DNA from: Azolla caroliniana
Lineage: Eukaryota > Plantae > Polypodiophyta
Assembly (NCBI GenBank): GCA_043228905.1
Contig: JBHGNT010000001.1
Span: 35,898,001 to 35,962,000, forward strand
Direction: 5' to 3'
DNA: 64,000 nt
Shown: positions 39,965-53,866 of the stretch, one piece after another
How positions within the stretch are numbered: the stretch's first letter is position 1
Layout: the number at the start of each line of letters is the position of its first letter
Program-made: the position numbers and the translations under genes
Notes under the pieces: model-generated
Databases searched by the model: none
Told to the model about the DNA's origin: nothing
The model's input: the letters and a program-made list of their open reading frames with translations, nothing else

Positions 39965-40445
39965 TGGTGGCAGGATCTTACAACGTAGTTGGCATTCTAA
40001 ATCGCCACTTGTAGCAAAGGTCTTCATTTGAAGAGTTTTGATTGGAGGATTGCCTTTGGGATTAGCTCTAAAGCGTCATGGACTAGCAACGGGTAATTGT
40101 TTTTTTGCACTGTTCAAATGGAAGATAGTACTCATCGATTTATACAATGTCTGATTGCTTGTCAAATTTGGAGTTACATTTCTCAAATTTGGCAAGTCTT
40201 ATCACGGTGTTATTTGACACCTAGACAGTGGGTGTTTGTACAATTTACACAGGTTGACCCAAAATCAGAGATGGAGATCGTTTTTCTATTTTTGAGATAT
40301 TGGGGATTGCGTCATAATTGGAATATGCGCAACGCAATTGTATTCAATGGTAGACATGGAGTGAAAGCATATGTACGAAAGTTGAAGGGAGTACTAATGT
40401 GGCAATTTTCTTTATTGGAACAATGGGGCTTTGCAAAATCCTAAC
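39965..40445 (+). mobile_element. LINE 3' fragment (zf-RVT region)
   Basis: ORF 40097-40444: FCTVQMEDSTHRFIQCLIACQIW...WNMRNAIVFNG, typical of the L1 ORF2 C-terminus; homologous to the copy split by copia. Confidence 0.75.
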
Positions 40446-41956
40446 ACAAATATGAATCAATCATTTCTAAATATAATCTTGCTCTTCATGCCTAAAAGAA
40501 AACAAATAAGATGAAGGTATTATTATAATCCATTGTTTCTATCTCAAAGACATTGTTTACTCTACAATTTGACATTGAGACCAATCAAACACCTACAAGA
40601 GCTACTTTTCTCCGATTATTGAAGTAGTTATTTGCATTCTCCCATTCGAGGTGATTGGTTGAAACCTCTTTTAATAATCACTTTGATGTCGCAATAGCAA
40701 TACATTGTAGCTCAAAACTTATAAAACATTTAAAAAATAACTTTTTACTTGAACAATTGTAAACAAGCTTATTCAAGTGTGGGTGAGATAGATGTGGCTT
40801 GCAGATATTTTAGAATCTTAACCAAGGAATAATATTTTCACTAACAATGGGTGGAGAATGGTTTTAAACAGTTGGCTCATGGGTGCCTACTAGAATACAT
40901 GTAGAATATGGTTGGTCATAGGGGTTAACCGAAGAGATAATAATGTCGTTCGTCATAGGTAGAATATAGTTGAAGGATAAGCACTTTAAGATCACAAATG
41001 TTATTGCACTTGAACATCACGATGCCTACTACAATCCATGAACTTTTTTTTTTACAAAACTACAATCCATCAATTAGCATATGAATGAAATATATTGCAA
41101 TAATCAAGTGTAGCATCATTTGACATTATATTAAAGTAGTTGTCGTTCAAAGCATGTGTGTGGTTCACCCACTCATATTCTTTATTTAATCTTTCATTGC
41201 TATCCATATATATTTTCATGTTCTTTTAAGCCTATATAAATGTTTATGTTTTGATTTAATGTAGATATTTACCATGTGTATACCTTTTTAATAGAGTTAT
41301 CAAACAATAGTGGTTGATGAGAGTCAATATTAAAAGAAAAAGGTGCATTTATGGAGGCCCAAACTCCAAATGAACATTCTGCCTACACTTCCCCTATGTG
41401 TCATCCACTAGTGTTTATTATTCGGAAGTTAGAACATGCATTTTGTATTTATTCTTTTCCTAAATATTTATGTGCTTATGTATGCTGACTACTCTATTCT
41501 TCGACTAATTCACAAAGTTTTTTTTTAAGAAAATGTTAAATGGGTTGCCTCTTGCAAAAACCCCACTTTTTTCTGTTTTGTATGGAGGACATCTATGCTG
41601 AATTCTGTTTTGTATGAGGCTCACGTGGAGAATATGTGTTCGAGTAATGCTATACACATAGAATGATGTGGTGTTTCGGAGTTGTTTTTTTTTGTTGTTT
41701 CATCTACACATTGTTTTCCTTTGACATGCAAGATGTCTTGTAAGATATGAGTTGTAAATGATTCCTTTGTACATTCTTAACTAATGGAAGTAGATGTTTT
41801 TGGAATGGAAAAAAAAAAAAACCCCACTTTTTTCTTGTAATGGTCTTTTACCTAATTCCTCTAGGTTTCTTAAATTTTTTGTTTTGTATTATGGAAACTC
41901 TTTAAGCTCTCTCTTGACTCTTATGAATGTCTCACTTTCCAACATGTGATGTGTGA

Positions 41957-42006
<50 letters not shown>

Positions 42007-42010
<4 letters not shown>

Positions 42011-42162
42011 TAGATGGTAATGTTGCCCAATGGAGACCAGGTGGTCATGGGTTCAACCCCTACATTCCACAGTGGCATTGAGTGAAATAATAGATATTTA
42101 TGAAGTAATAGAGAGGTGAGGGAAGTTGGGTTTCGAACCCAAGATGTAGAGCTAGCAGTAGT
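42007..42162 (+). mobile_element. tRNA-derived SINE/MITE-like element embedded in (GA)n
   Basis: AGCCTAGATGGTAA...GGTCATGGGTTCAACCC on +, inverted B-box GGTTCGAAACC on - (42139-42129). Homologous to 55872-56048; (GA)n on both sides. Confidence 0.7.
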
Positions 42163-44845
42163 AGAGAGAGAGAGAGAGAGTTGATAACAACAACAATGTA
42201 GTATCGTCATATATAGAGAACATTACCACGACTTTGGGAGAGAGGCCTTGCATGATAGATTATACATTTGATGGTGCTTTTGAGGAACACATGATGTAGG
42301 AATGTACTTTCTTTTTTAAGATACTATGTGCAATAACAAGAAAAATGAGAGTAGAGCCACATGCAAAGATAATTAAGGCCAAAGCCATAATGTACTTCAT
42401 AATGTTAATTCGATTATTGTAACAAAAAATGAAGTTATCCTTTTTAAGTGGAAAAAGAAAAGTGAAAATTTAAGCAATGAATGGCTTGCTCTCAAGCTTA
42501 GTTCGTAGTATGAGGCATGTTATTTAACATGGGTCCTTAACACTATTTGCAATTCAAGTTGGTTTTGATCCACAACAAAAACATTACATGGGATGCAAGT
42601 TGAGATTATGATGAAAGTGGAAACTTGGTGATATTGTTATTAAACTTTAACAAAATTAATTCCTTTAAATGGAAATACCTATGGATAAATGGAATATATG
42701 TTGAAGGACACTTATTAAAGATACTAATTGTAATATTATACATTCAACAAGGTTATATCCATACATTATGGAACAACATAGGGTGAGAATCTATCTATCA
42801 TAAAGAGGTTGCATATGATCGATTTCTATAATAACTATGATTCCATGTACGAATATGAATGTGCACAAGTAAAAAAGAAAGCATGGGGGAAACAATTGTC
42901 GAGGGATAGATGCACAATACCCACGCATAGGAGGGAGAGAGAGGATGTGAAGTCCATTAAGTCATGATGGATTTTATATGCTATGTCGAGTGAATAGCTA
43001 CACTTGAGAAACTGGGTAGTCAAATGCCTTGATTATGGGAAACATTATGAGATTAAGCACTATATAAAAGTGCAATGATTAGTCTTGCCAATGAGGTGAC
43101 CCATGATCAAAACTCCTTATGCTTAGTTTCTCACCGAAGAGCTTGACCTATTAATGGAATTACCCAAAATAACTCCATTATGCATTGACAAGATATCGTT
43201 AACAATAAATAGATCCTATGATTTGTTGCATACTTGATGTTCACAATATTCACCCATGCCCCTCACGTGGCTCTAACATCAAATGAAGAGATCATTGAAA
43301 ACAATGACATGCAGAGACCCTAGCTAGATGAAATCAAGAATTGTAAGAACACATAACACAAGCAAGAACAAAGGGTTGTTTACCCAAGGAAGAAGCCCAA
43401 TGTTGGCTAGTCATGTGTTTATCACACAAAATCTTCTCGTTAGAGCATCACCCTCATGCAAATGTTGGGTTTCCAATTCAAGATGATATATCCAAGGAAG
43501 TGTTCTCATATTGTCCTACGTTTAGGCGGCTAGCTATATACATGTGGGCACAACTGGCGATCTATTCATTATTTGTACTATCAAGTGGATTTGCGACATT
43601 AGATGTGTCACAATTGTTGACAAAACAAGGCACACAACTTATAAGCAAACACGTAGATACAAAAGGCATGGGCACAACAATAGAAATAAAGGGCAAACAA
43701 ACGAGCATCGAAGGCCTGGGGCATATCAAAACAAGGGGCAAACAAACATGCATTGAACGTGGACATAGAAGGCAGTCATGGGCACAATTGATCAAAACAA
43801 GGGGGGTAAAGGGCACAACCATGAAAGGAATGCATAGGCGTATGATGGCACTGAGTGCATTTTGAGGGTTGCAAGTAGGATTTGAACCTTGCACGTCCAA
43901 GATAAGAAGCAATTAGGGCAAACAAACAGGCACATGAACACAATACAAAGAGAGGGGTGGGCATGTAGGGTTATAGAAACAAGGGGTGAGGCAAGCAGGG
44001 CACAAACGGCACGACCATGGCCATGGGCTCGGCCGATGGGCATAGGCATCCATTGGTCGGTCGGACCCAAGGGGTTATAGTAAGTGTCCCAAACCATTCA
44101 TTGTGTTGGTATGTGGTATACATAATGTATTAGGAAAAGCGAGGTATACATATATAATATAATATAAAAATATATAAAATAGATATTATTAAATAAAGGA
44201 ATGAATAAATAATTAGATAGATAAAAATAAAATAAAAATACTATTTCATATTATTATTCCACAAAAAACGACGTGCGTTCAAAATGAAGGAGGGAGGGAG
44301 AAGAAGAAGAATAAGAAGAAGAAGAAGAAGAAGAAAGTGTGAACGTTTCCGAGAACCAATGGCGTACACAGTGAGTGCAAGTAGGTAGCTTGAAGGTGGG
44401 TGCGACAGAGACAGAGACTTAGAGAGAGAGAGAGAGAGACTTAGAGAGAGAGCGCCCGCCAAGTGCGATTCTTGTGATGCCTTCGTGGAGCACTAAGAAG
44501 ACAGAAAGAAGAAAAGGCGAGATGAAGAAGGGAAGAAAGAAAAGTAAGAAGATACAAAGAAAGCGGGATTATAGGAAGAGAGAAAGAATTAGAATCTCTC
44601 GAGGCTAGTGCGCATCTCCCTTTTGTTTTTATTTTTTCCTTTAAATCGGCTTATATTTTTCTGTTAATGGATTCTGGAATATTCTGAACTCAGACATAGG
44701 AAAACTTGCAGTGGTAACAATATAATGGGTTCTTTCTCAGCTCCTAAAGAAGGATTGCAGAGCGCAGTTCACTATCCATCTCATGGAGGCATGATCCTTG
44801 GCTTTCCCTTTTTATCCTTCTTCAAAGTGTATATTCTGGAAGTAT

Positions 44846-44881
<36 letters not shown>

Positions 44882-45717
44882 CTCTTCTCTTTCCGCAAGA
44901 GGGGCATGTTGATTGTATGTCTATGTAAATATGTGTTTTTCCGAACATATATGCATGTGCTTATGAATGTAGCATATAGATGTGTGTAGCATGTATGCAC
45001 GTAGCATGTTTTGTATGTATTTAGCATGTATGCATGCAGACATTTAGTATAGTATCGCGCAAAATTATAATTTTCCTTTTTCTGTTTTACACTCTTCAAG
45101 AAAGTGTACCACCTAATTCTGAAGGTCCATCTAAAAGAATATAAATGCTGGGTGAAGCATACACCGTTCTTTATACATGTAGCTTGCACGCGTGTGTATG
45201 TATGTAGTGGTGTATGAAAGCATGCATGCATGTGTGTGTATGTAACATGGTACCCAAAAGAACATTTGATTGATTGTATTTTGAGTATGTTTGGAAGATT
45301 CTGTTCAGAGAATCATAGGCAATTTATTGGAGACATCTTATTCGTCTATGTTACAGATAATTTAAGTTGTAGACTTAAAGATGATTGGAGGGAGGGTCAG
45401 TTTGATTGATTGTATTCTGACATCGTATAATGGCAAATTTAGACAAGGAATTCGTATAGGAAATTACACCCACTGGAGATTTGGTAGTTTATATTTGATA
45501 GATGTGCTCTGAAATAAATAACCAAATTCAATTGAAGAATTAATTTGCTTATGTGTTGTGTGATGGTTGATTTTCGTCCTTGTTTTTTTTCATTACCTTG
45601 CAATCCTGCTATTCTGAAATTGAGACAATTGTGACTGAGGGAATGCATATACTTTTATTTGTAATTCACACCTTTTTGATAATATTCTGCAGTTTCCACC
45701 TCCTTTCCATAAAGCAA

Positions 45718-48700
45718 ATGGCAAATCATTCATGTGAGACGGGGTGCAATCATGGCATGTCAGTTAATTTATTTGATTCTGATAAAAAGAGTCAGCAAGG
45801 GATGTTGGAAGTGCGCATTGAAGAAACAAGCATCAAATCTAAAAACGCTGGAAAGACCACAATGGATGTTGCTGGGATCTGCTGTCCGTCAGAGGTTCCT
45901 CTGATAAGGAAACTAATTGAGCCGTTACCTGGAGTTCACGAGGTGTTGGTCAATGTTACAGCCAAAACTGTAACAGTTCACCATGATCCAGCATTAACAT
46001 CACCATCATGGCTGGGTAAACCAAAATTCTAATTAATCAATAAAAATGCCTTTCAATTTGCAAAGTTGCCAGAATAACTGTCTGTAGAATGAACCTTCTG
46101 GTTATTCGTGTTAAATCTAGAGGATATTGTAGTTAATATCTGAAAAGTTAAGGGATATGTTGGTGTTTTGCCCATTGATTGATCAATGTACCTCCATCTT
46201 AATTTGTGAATGAATATTGGATGCAGTGAAAGTGCTTAACGATGCAAAGCTTGAAGCTAGCATTCACAATAGAGGAGAATGGAAAGCAACCCATAAGTGG
46301 CCTAGTCCATACACAATTGCGTCTGGGTTTATGGTAGCTCTCACGTTCTTCCAGTATGTTTATAGTCCTTTAAAATGGGTAGGTTTGGGTGCAGTAGCTG
46401 TTGGTGCACCGCCTGTCATAATTCGAGCGCTTGTTTCACTGAGACGATTTATATTAGATATCAATGTGCTGATGATAATAGCTGGTATAAAAGCTTTCTG
46501 TACCATTGTAATGTTGAAATAGAGGGAATATATGTGTAACTTGATTTTCACTCATCTTGCAAACATATTGTCATTCTGCAGTTTCAGGTGCAATTGGGCT
46601 GGGAGATTACTTGGAAGCAGGATCCATCGTATTCCTTTTCACTCTAGCTGATTGGTTGGAATCAAGATCGAGTGACAAGGTAGGATATCTTAAGATAGGC
46701 GACGTCAGATATACAGGAAGTTTTCTGAATAGTTGAGTTGAACCTCATTTGATGCCTATTTAGGCATTTATTTTTTGATAACTTTATTTAAGATCAAGCT
46801 ATACATATAGGCTCGAATGGCAATAGCAGCAGTTGCAAATCTGGCACCTCAGCATGCTTTTCTTGCTGATGTTGGACTGAAAGTTCCAGTAGGCGAGGTT
46901 ATAGTGGGAACTAGAATTGCTGTAAAAGCTGGAGAGCTAGTGCCTATTGATGGTTCTGTATTGTCTGGAAAGAGCACAATAGATGAAAGTAGTTTAACTG
47001 GTGAGCCACTTGCTGTAGAAAAGGTGGCAGGTGCTACTGTTTGGGCAGGGACATTGAACTTAACAGGTGAGTGAAGATATTGTCACAGTTAAAAGAATTG
47101 TTACTTAAAACCGGGCTAGAAAACATAAGACGATCTTAACATGGAGTACTAGTTTAAGCATAAGAGTTTCTGGATGTCATCAGGATATCTCTGCATAGAG
47201 ACAACTGCCTTGGCTGAAGACTCGGCAGTAGCGAGGATGATAAGATTGGTGGAAGAAGCCCAGACAGAACGGTCACACATTGAACGATTGGTTGAGAAGT
47301 TTGCGAAATATTATACTCCAGGTACATAGTTTCGGTAAAATTCAATGAGCTCTTTGATATCAATGTGACAAATTTGGAGTCCATGACCATGGTGTCGTTG
47401 CTGATGTAAAAACCATCCATTTTTTCTGGCAGTTATCCTGATCATTGCAATAGTAACTGCCACTGTACCCTTTGCTCTGCATGTACACAATGCTCGGCAC
47501 TGGTTATACCTTGCTCTTGTTCTCCTTGTGGCGGCATGCCCCTGTGCTTTGGTCATATCTACTCCAGTCACAACCACCTGTGCAATAGCTCAAGCAGCTC
47601 GCATAGGTCTTGTTGTGAAAGGTGGTGATTCTTTAGAAGCTCTTGGGAAGCTCAAGATGATTGCCATGGATAAAACTGGAACCCTAACTGAGGGACAATT
47701 CCGTGTCAAAGAGGTGTGCCTTTTGAATAACGATGTCGACTTATTGGAAGTTCTTTACTGGTATGTAGAGCATAAGGGGAAAACGTATACCATTACTTTC
47801 TTGAGAGACTACACTGAGTTTTGTCAATTGCCAGCGTAGTCGCTTCAATAACAAAATATATCTTTTTTGGTTGTGATATTTTTGTACTTGTTTTAAATGC
47901 CTAGGATTGCATGTATTGAAAACAAGGCGAGCCATCCGATGGCATCGTCTTTTGTTGCATATGCCAAGATGCATGGAATCATACCTTCAGGTGAAGTCAA
48001 GGATTTTGAAGTCCTAGTTGGAGAAGGTGTGACTGGTGTGCTTGATGGACGTGTAATCCACATAGGGAATGAACGCATGGCAAAACGGCTACACTGGAAC
48101 GAATGTAAGTCTGCAACGAAATAAACGTTTGAGTAAGATCAGTTACCATAAGACATCATTAAACAAAATCACCATTGAGTATGAAATCTCCAAATTGGAT
48201 TTAGCCTGATAACGAAGGGACTTTAGTGAATCAAAGCATGCTAGGAGTAGTAGCCTTCTCATTTAAAGAAATTTGAGTTGATATAGACTTTAGTTGTGAG
48301 CATTTTAATTCGCCAAGGTTTTTAAATCAGCTAATTTCCAAATTATATATGGATGATGATGGTTTTATTATGTGAACTTCTGTCAGCTAATCATCCCACG
48401 GTATTGGAAACATGGAAGTGTGAAGGTTGGACTGTCACCTGGGTTGGCATAGATGAGAAGCTTCAGGCTGTTTTGTGTGCTGGTGACCATCTGCGGCCAG
48501 AAGCAAAGGAAGCTCTTAGTGCTTTGAGGGTAACCTCTAAAATACTTAAAAAAAATTACGATTGATGTGGAAAAACTAATCCAACATAATTCACTTAAAA
48601 TGCTGCTCCCTACAATGTTCTTTGCAGAAACTTGGAATTCAAATTACAATGCTGACAGGTGATTGTCAAGCAGCAGCTGACATTGTACAGAAAAAGGTTA

Positions 48701-51255
48701 CTTTTTAGTAGTCTTTTATGCGACTTCTCTTTGTTGGGAGATACTTGAAAAATGAACAAATTTGAATAGAATAGCTTCTTCTTTTATCAATGCAGCTAGG
48801 TGATTTAAATGTGCATGCGCAATTGCTCCCCAAGGACAAAGTAGAAATACTGAAGCAATTGAAAAAGATGGGCTTAACTGGGATGGTGGGTGATGGAACA
48901 AATGATGCACCAGCTCTAGCCTCTGCTGATGTGGGTATTGCAATGGGTGTTGCTGGTTCGGCTATGGCAATGGAAGCTGCAGATATTTCTCTTATGACAA
49001 ATGATCTCCGGCAGCTTCCTACAGCTGTGAAGCTGGGCCGCAGGGCCTTCCAAAAGATTATTCAAAACATAATTTTATCACTTTGCACAAAGACTCTCAT
49101 CATCATCCTTGCTGTGCTGGGATATGCTTCTCTCTGGGCTGCTGTTCTCGCCGATGTTGGCACTTGTTTGCTTGTCATTTTCAATAGCATGCTTTTATTG
49201 GAGAGACAAAAGGGTAAAATTAAGAGCCATGGTGATCACAAAGAAAGAAAGCATCATCATCATCATAGCCATTGTGCTCATGGAGAAAGCAACCATGATC
49301 ATCATCATAGCCATTGTGAGCATAAAGAAAGCGAGTGTGAACATCAACATAACCATGGCAGTCAAGAAGAATGCAAGCAGGATCATCACCATAGCCATGG
49401 TGGCCATGAACAATGCAAGCATGATCCTCATCATCAGCAAAGCAAGCATGGACATCATCATCATCAGCAGCAAGGCCGTTTTGATCATGAAGAAAGCAAG
49501 CATGATGATGATCATAACTATTGTGGTCATAAGGAAAACAAGCATAAGCATTACAAAGAATGCAAGCATGGTCTTCATCATAGCCACGGTGATAACGAAG
49601 AAAACAAACATGTTGATAATTTTCACAGCCATTGTGACAACGAAGAAAAGAAGAATGATCATAATCATTATAGCCATTGTGATCATGAAGAAATCAAGCA
49701 TGATGATGATCATAGCCATTGCGATCATGGCGAAACCAAGCATGGTCATCATCATAGCCATTGCGATCATGACGAAACCAAGCATGGTCATCATCATAGC
49801 CATTGCGATCATGACGAAACCAAGCATGGTCATCATCATAGCCATAGCAATCACGAAGAATGCAAGCATGGTCATCATCATAGCCATTGCGATCACGAAG
49901 AATGCAAGCATGATCATCATCATAGCCATGATGATCACGAAGAATGCAAGCATGATCATCATCATAGCCATGATGATCACGAAGAATGCAAGCATGATCA
50001 TCATCATAGCCATGATGATCACGAAGAATGCAAGCATGATCATCATCATAGCCATGATGATCATGAAGATTGCAAGCATGCTCATCATCATAGCCATGAT
50101 GATCATGAAGATTGCAAGCATGCTCATCATCATAGCCATGATGATCATGAAGATTGCAAGCATGATCATCATCATAGCCATGGAAACCACGAAAAATGTA
50201 AGCATGATCATGATCATCATGACCACCATCATTGGCATTGTAATCATGAGGAAAACAAACATGATCACCATCAAGATAACCATTGGGAGCACATAGCAAG
50301 CAAGTGTGATCATCATGGTGATGGGATTCATGAAGAATGCAAGGATGATCAACATGATGATCATGAAGCAAGCAAGCATGAGGATGATGATGATCATAAC
50401 CATTGCAATCATGAGGTTAATGATGGCCATAACCATTGTGATCACAAAGAAAGTAAGCATAATCATCATCATAGCCATGACGATCACGAAGAATGCAAAC
50501 ATGATCATCATGACAACCACGAAGCAAGCAAGCATGACGATCATTATCATAGCCATTGCATTCACAAACAAATCAAACATAGCCATGGCAATCATGGAGG
50601 ATGTAAGCATTATCATCTTCACAATCACAAAGTAAGCAAGCATGAAGATGATTATTATAGCCATTGTGATCACAAAGATAATCTTCCCAGCCATGGTGAT
50701 TACGAAGAATGTAAGTATGACGAGGATCACAAATCAAACAGGGATGATGACCATCATCTCAGTCATTACAGTTACAAAGCATGCAAACATGATGATGATG
50801 ATGGTAGCTGCTGTTCTGATCATTGTAACAAAATAAGTGAGGATAATCATGATCACAGCCATAATGATCACCGACATTGTGAGAAAAGAATTATATGGTT
50901 GCAATCTGCGGTTAATTGTCTGGCCCATTTGGGGAAATCATCAGACAATAAGAAGCTTTGCTGCCACAAGAGAAGTGATTGTGGAGGCAATCACCCATTA
51001 TCAACAGTTTGTTGTGAATCCAAAATTCCAATCCCACCAAAAAAGAAAATATTGAGCTATGGAGATAAAACAGGACATAGCCTATGTTTCCACATTCCCA
51101 AGAAAGTAGCGTCATTTACTGAAGAAGACCTACCCTCAATCACCCAAAATGCAAAAACTAAAGATATAGATGAATTCTTATGTGCTATATATTGTTGTGA
51201 CACCCTCTCCCACCCTGGGGATAAAAATGCATATGGCAACCAAAACCACCACTAA
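45718..51255 (+). CDS. HMA2: P1B-2 type Zn/Cd-transporting ATPase (HMA2/HMA4-like) with very long His-rich C-terminal tail
   Basis: Exons 45718-46015, 46227-46484, 46582-46679, 46811-47066, 47184-47321, 47433-47760, 47905-48104, 48387-48529, 48628-48696, 48796-51255 total 4248 nt (1415 aa). N-terminal GICCPSE, actuator ESSLTGE, CPC in ACPCALVISTP, DKTGTLT, SHP, MLTGD, VGDGTNDAPAL, LADVG. Confidence 0.95.
49696..50200 (+). repeat. Coding 42-bp (14-aa) tandem repeat in the HMA tail, about 12 units
   Basis: Consensus KH(D/G/A)HHHSH(D/C)DHE(E/D)C; DNA unit tgcaagcatgatcatcatcatagccatgatgatcacgaagaa. Degenerate units extend across ~49230-50880. Confidence 0.92.
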
Positions 51256-52829
51256 CCACAATTGGGAAAAACAGCATTTTTCAGCATTTAAGTGATAAAT
51301 ATGCTAAGCAGAAATTTGTGTCTAAAGAAAAGAAAAATATCGATGAAAACACATAATGCAGTGGTAAATGAAGATAAACATGTGCAATAATATTTCATCC
51401 CGAATTGATGCTCTCCAAATAAGACTTGCCATTTTGTTTTCCACTCAAGATATATTTATGAAGTGGATCCACATGATTGTTACCCTTGTTACCCTCGTGG
51501 TTGATATCCTAGTTGAGCCACTAGCCTTTTTGGGTTGGGGTTTTCACTAGGCTATGTCCTTTGTACCAATAGCATTTATATCTATAACAAATTACAGGCA
51601 TTATGGTTCCTTGAATGTTTAAAAATTGACACAACTTAAGCAACTATTTTACTTCAAATTTTCTTAGAATGGTTATTGTAAATTGTAATATTTAAATATG
51701 GGATGGGCAATCAAATAACGTCATTAGTTCCTTCTTAGGATATTCCATACTGCTAAAACTAGAATATCACTTTGCAAACATCAACCTTGAATGTTGGGCA
51801 TAGTGCAAGGCCTAAATGTGAGGAAGAATATGATTCCAACCATATATTCTGAACCCTAGGAGCTTGAGAGCATATAGAGTGTTGTGTACTTTGAATGATG
51901 AAAAAGATGAAAGCTTATTAAATGGGTTTTCACTATTAAATGATGATAATAATAAATATAATAAGAGAGAACAAGATTATACATAACCAAGCATCGTTGA
52001 ACTTTTAATACGTTCTCCATATCTCTATCTTTGATTTGAATCTCATTGTATGAGTATATTGGTTTAATTGGTTTCAAGTGATCTATCTTGTGTAAGCTAC
52101 ACTAAACTACTATATAAGTTGTCTTCCTTTTTATCATTAGGTTCTTGATAAATGTCGGAAGTGCACAATGAGGCGATAGGCAAGAGGTCTAGGTGATGGC
52201 TTCATCGTAGAGCATCATTCGGGTGCCCTTACTCCATGTGTCATCATCGACAATCGTAGAGCAACATGGCAAGCAAGAAGACCTTTGCGTAATGTTAACG
52301 AAACTATTTTTTGAGCATATTAACTAGCCATTTTTACTTATGGGTAGTTTGTAGAACTCAACGATTGTGGTATGTTTATTGTTAAGGCAAACCCAAAGCA
52401 CACAACTAGAACTCACAACACTCAACCTTGGTAGAGAAAGTTTGACAACACGGTGAACATGATGGAACTACTAGATAATAGTAGAGGTGTCTCATGGGGC
52501 TTGCTTGGGGATGGGTGAAGTCAAGAGGACTAATTTTCGCGCATTCACAACCAGCCTTAGATTCGTCATTCCTGACCCCAATCTTGCACCCGCTTCATTC
52601 TTGACCCCAAGCTTGCCCATTACTTCTCACTCGTTCATTTTTTGGCCATTTCTCGAGCGAAATGGAGAGGCTAAATTTGCTTCAAGTCTTCAAGGCGGCC
52701 AAAACAAGCATTTGTTTGTGATTTGAGGTTTGTTAAGACTGATTCTTCTTCTCCTCTTCCTCTCTCAAAAGGCTACATAAACTCTTTCCCCCTGTTATGT
52801 ATGTATAATGTACATATACATATTCATGA

Positions 52830-53866
52830 ATGGGCACTCCTGAGTTTCCTGATCTGGGCAAGCACTGTGCCGCCATAGACTGCAATCAACTCGACTTTCT
52901 TCCCTTTACCTGCGACGTCTGCCAAAAGGTATTTATATCTTATCGCTCTCCCTAACCCTTATCTATCTATCTATCTTGCCTAATTCCTGATTCTCTGCCA
53001 TAGCCCCTCCCGCCATAGCTTTTCCAACAACAACGATGATTATTGATACATACGTGTATATATATATATATATATACCCTTAGGTTTTCTGTCTCGACCA
53101 TCGCTCTTACAGCAAACACGAGTGCCCGAATGCAAAGCACAGAGATGTGACTGCTCTTGTTTGCCCTCTTTGTGCCAAGGCGATCCGAGTGATCCCTAAT
53201 GAAGATCCCAACGTCGCCTTTGATCTTCATGTTAGATCTGGTTGTGACCCTAGCAACTATGAGAAAGTTCACAAGAAGCCTCGGTGCCCTGTCCGTGGAT
53301 GCAGAGAAGTGCTTACGTTCTCAAACAAGATGGTTTGTCGGGATTGTAAGCAAGAAGTTTGCTTAAAACACCGATTTGGCCCAGATCATAACTGCACAGG
53401 AGGAACCATTAAGACTACAGGATCATCAAGGACAAGTAAAGAAAGTTCATGGCAATTTATGCAATCTTTTATCGGTGGTACTTCTACAGGTCAGAGCTCG
53501 AACACAACTTCCTCAAAGACCTCTTTTAGAGCATCAGCCGAAGCTGGAATTAACAAGCTCGGAAACTTCACTACAAGTATGTTTAGTAGCATAGGAGGAA
53601 GTTCATCATCGTCTTCTGCTTCTAATAAAGGAACATCGAAAGAGGCTAAGAATGCCGTAAGAGAGATATGCCCTCAATGTGGAGCAAAATTTCTTAATAT
53701 TTCACTTTTAATTCAGCATGTGGAAATTGCTCACAAGACAAATAAACCTTTAGCTTTTGAGGATATAGTGGATCTTTGTCCAAAATGTGGTAAAGGTTTC
53801 CGAGATCCAATCTCTTTGGTAAATCATGTGGAGACTGACCATGCCGGTACATCGTCAAGGCGATAG
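52830..53866 (+). CDS. SAP11: Zinc-finger AN1/C2H2 stress-associated protein (2 AN1 + 2 C2H2; SAP11/SAP13-like)
   Basis: Exon 1 52830-52928 [28 protein letters not shown]. Exon 2 53084-53866 with [30 protein letters not shown] and two C2H2 fingers (CPQC..H..H, CPKC..H..H). 293 aa. Confidence 0.92.

Noticed and set aside
49109-50730. Long Met/Ile-rich ORFs (395 aa +, 511 aa -) and a His-rich 225-aa antisense ORF as separate genes
   Set aside because: Shadow frames of the CAT/GAT-rich HMA repeat; they have no independent gene features.
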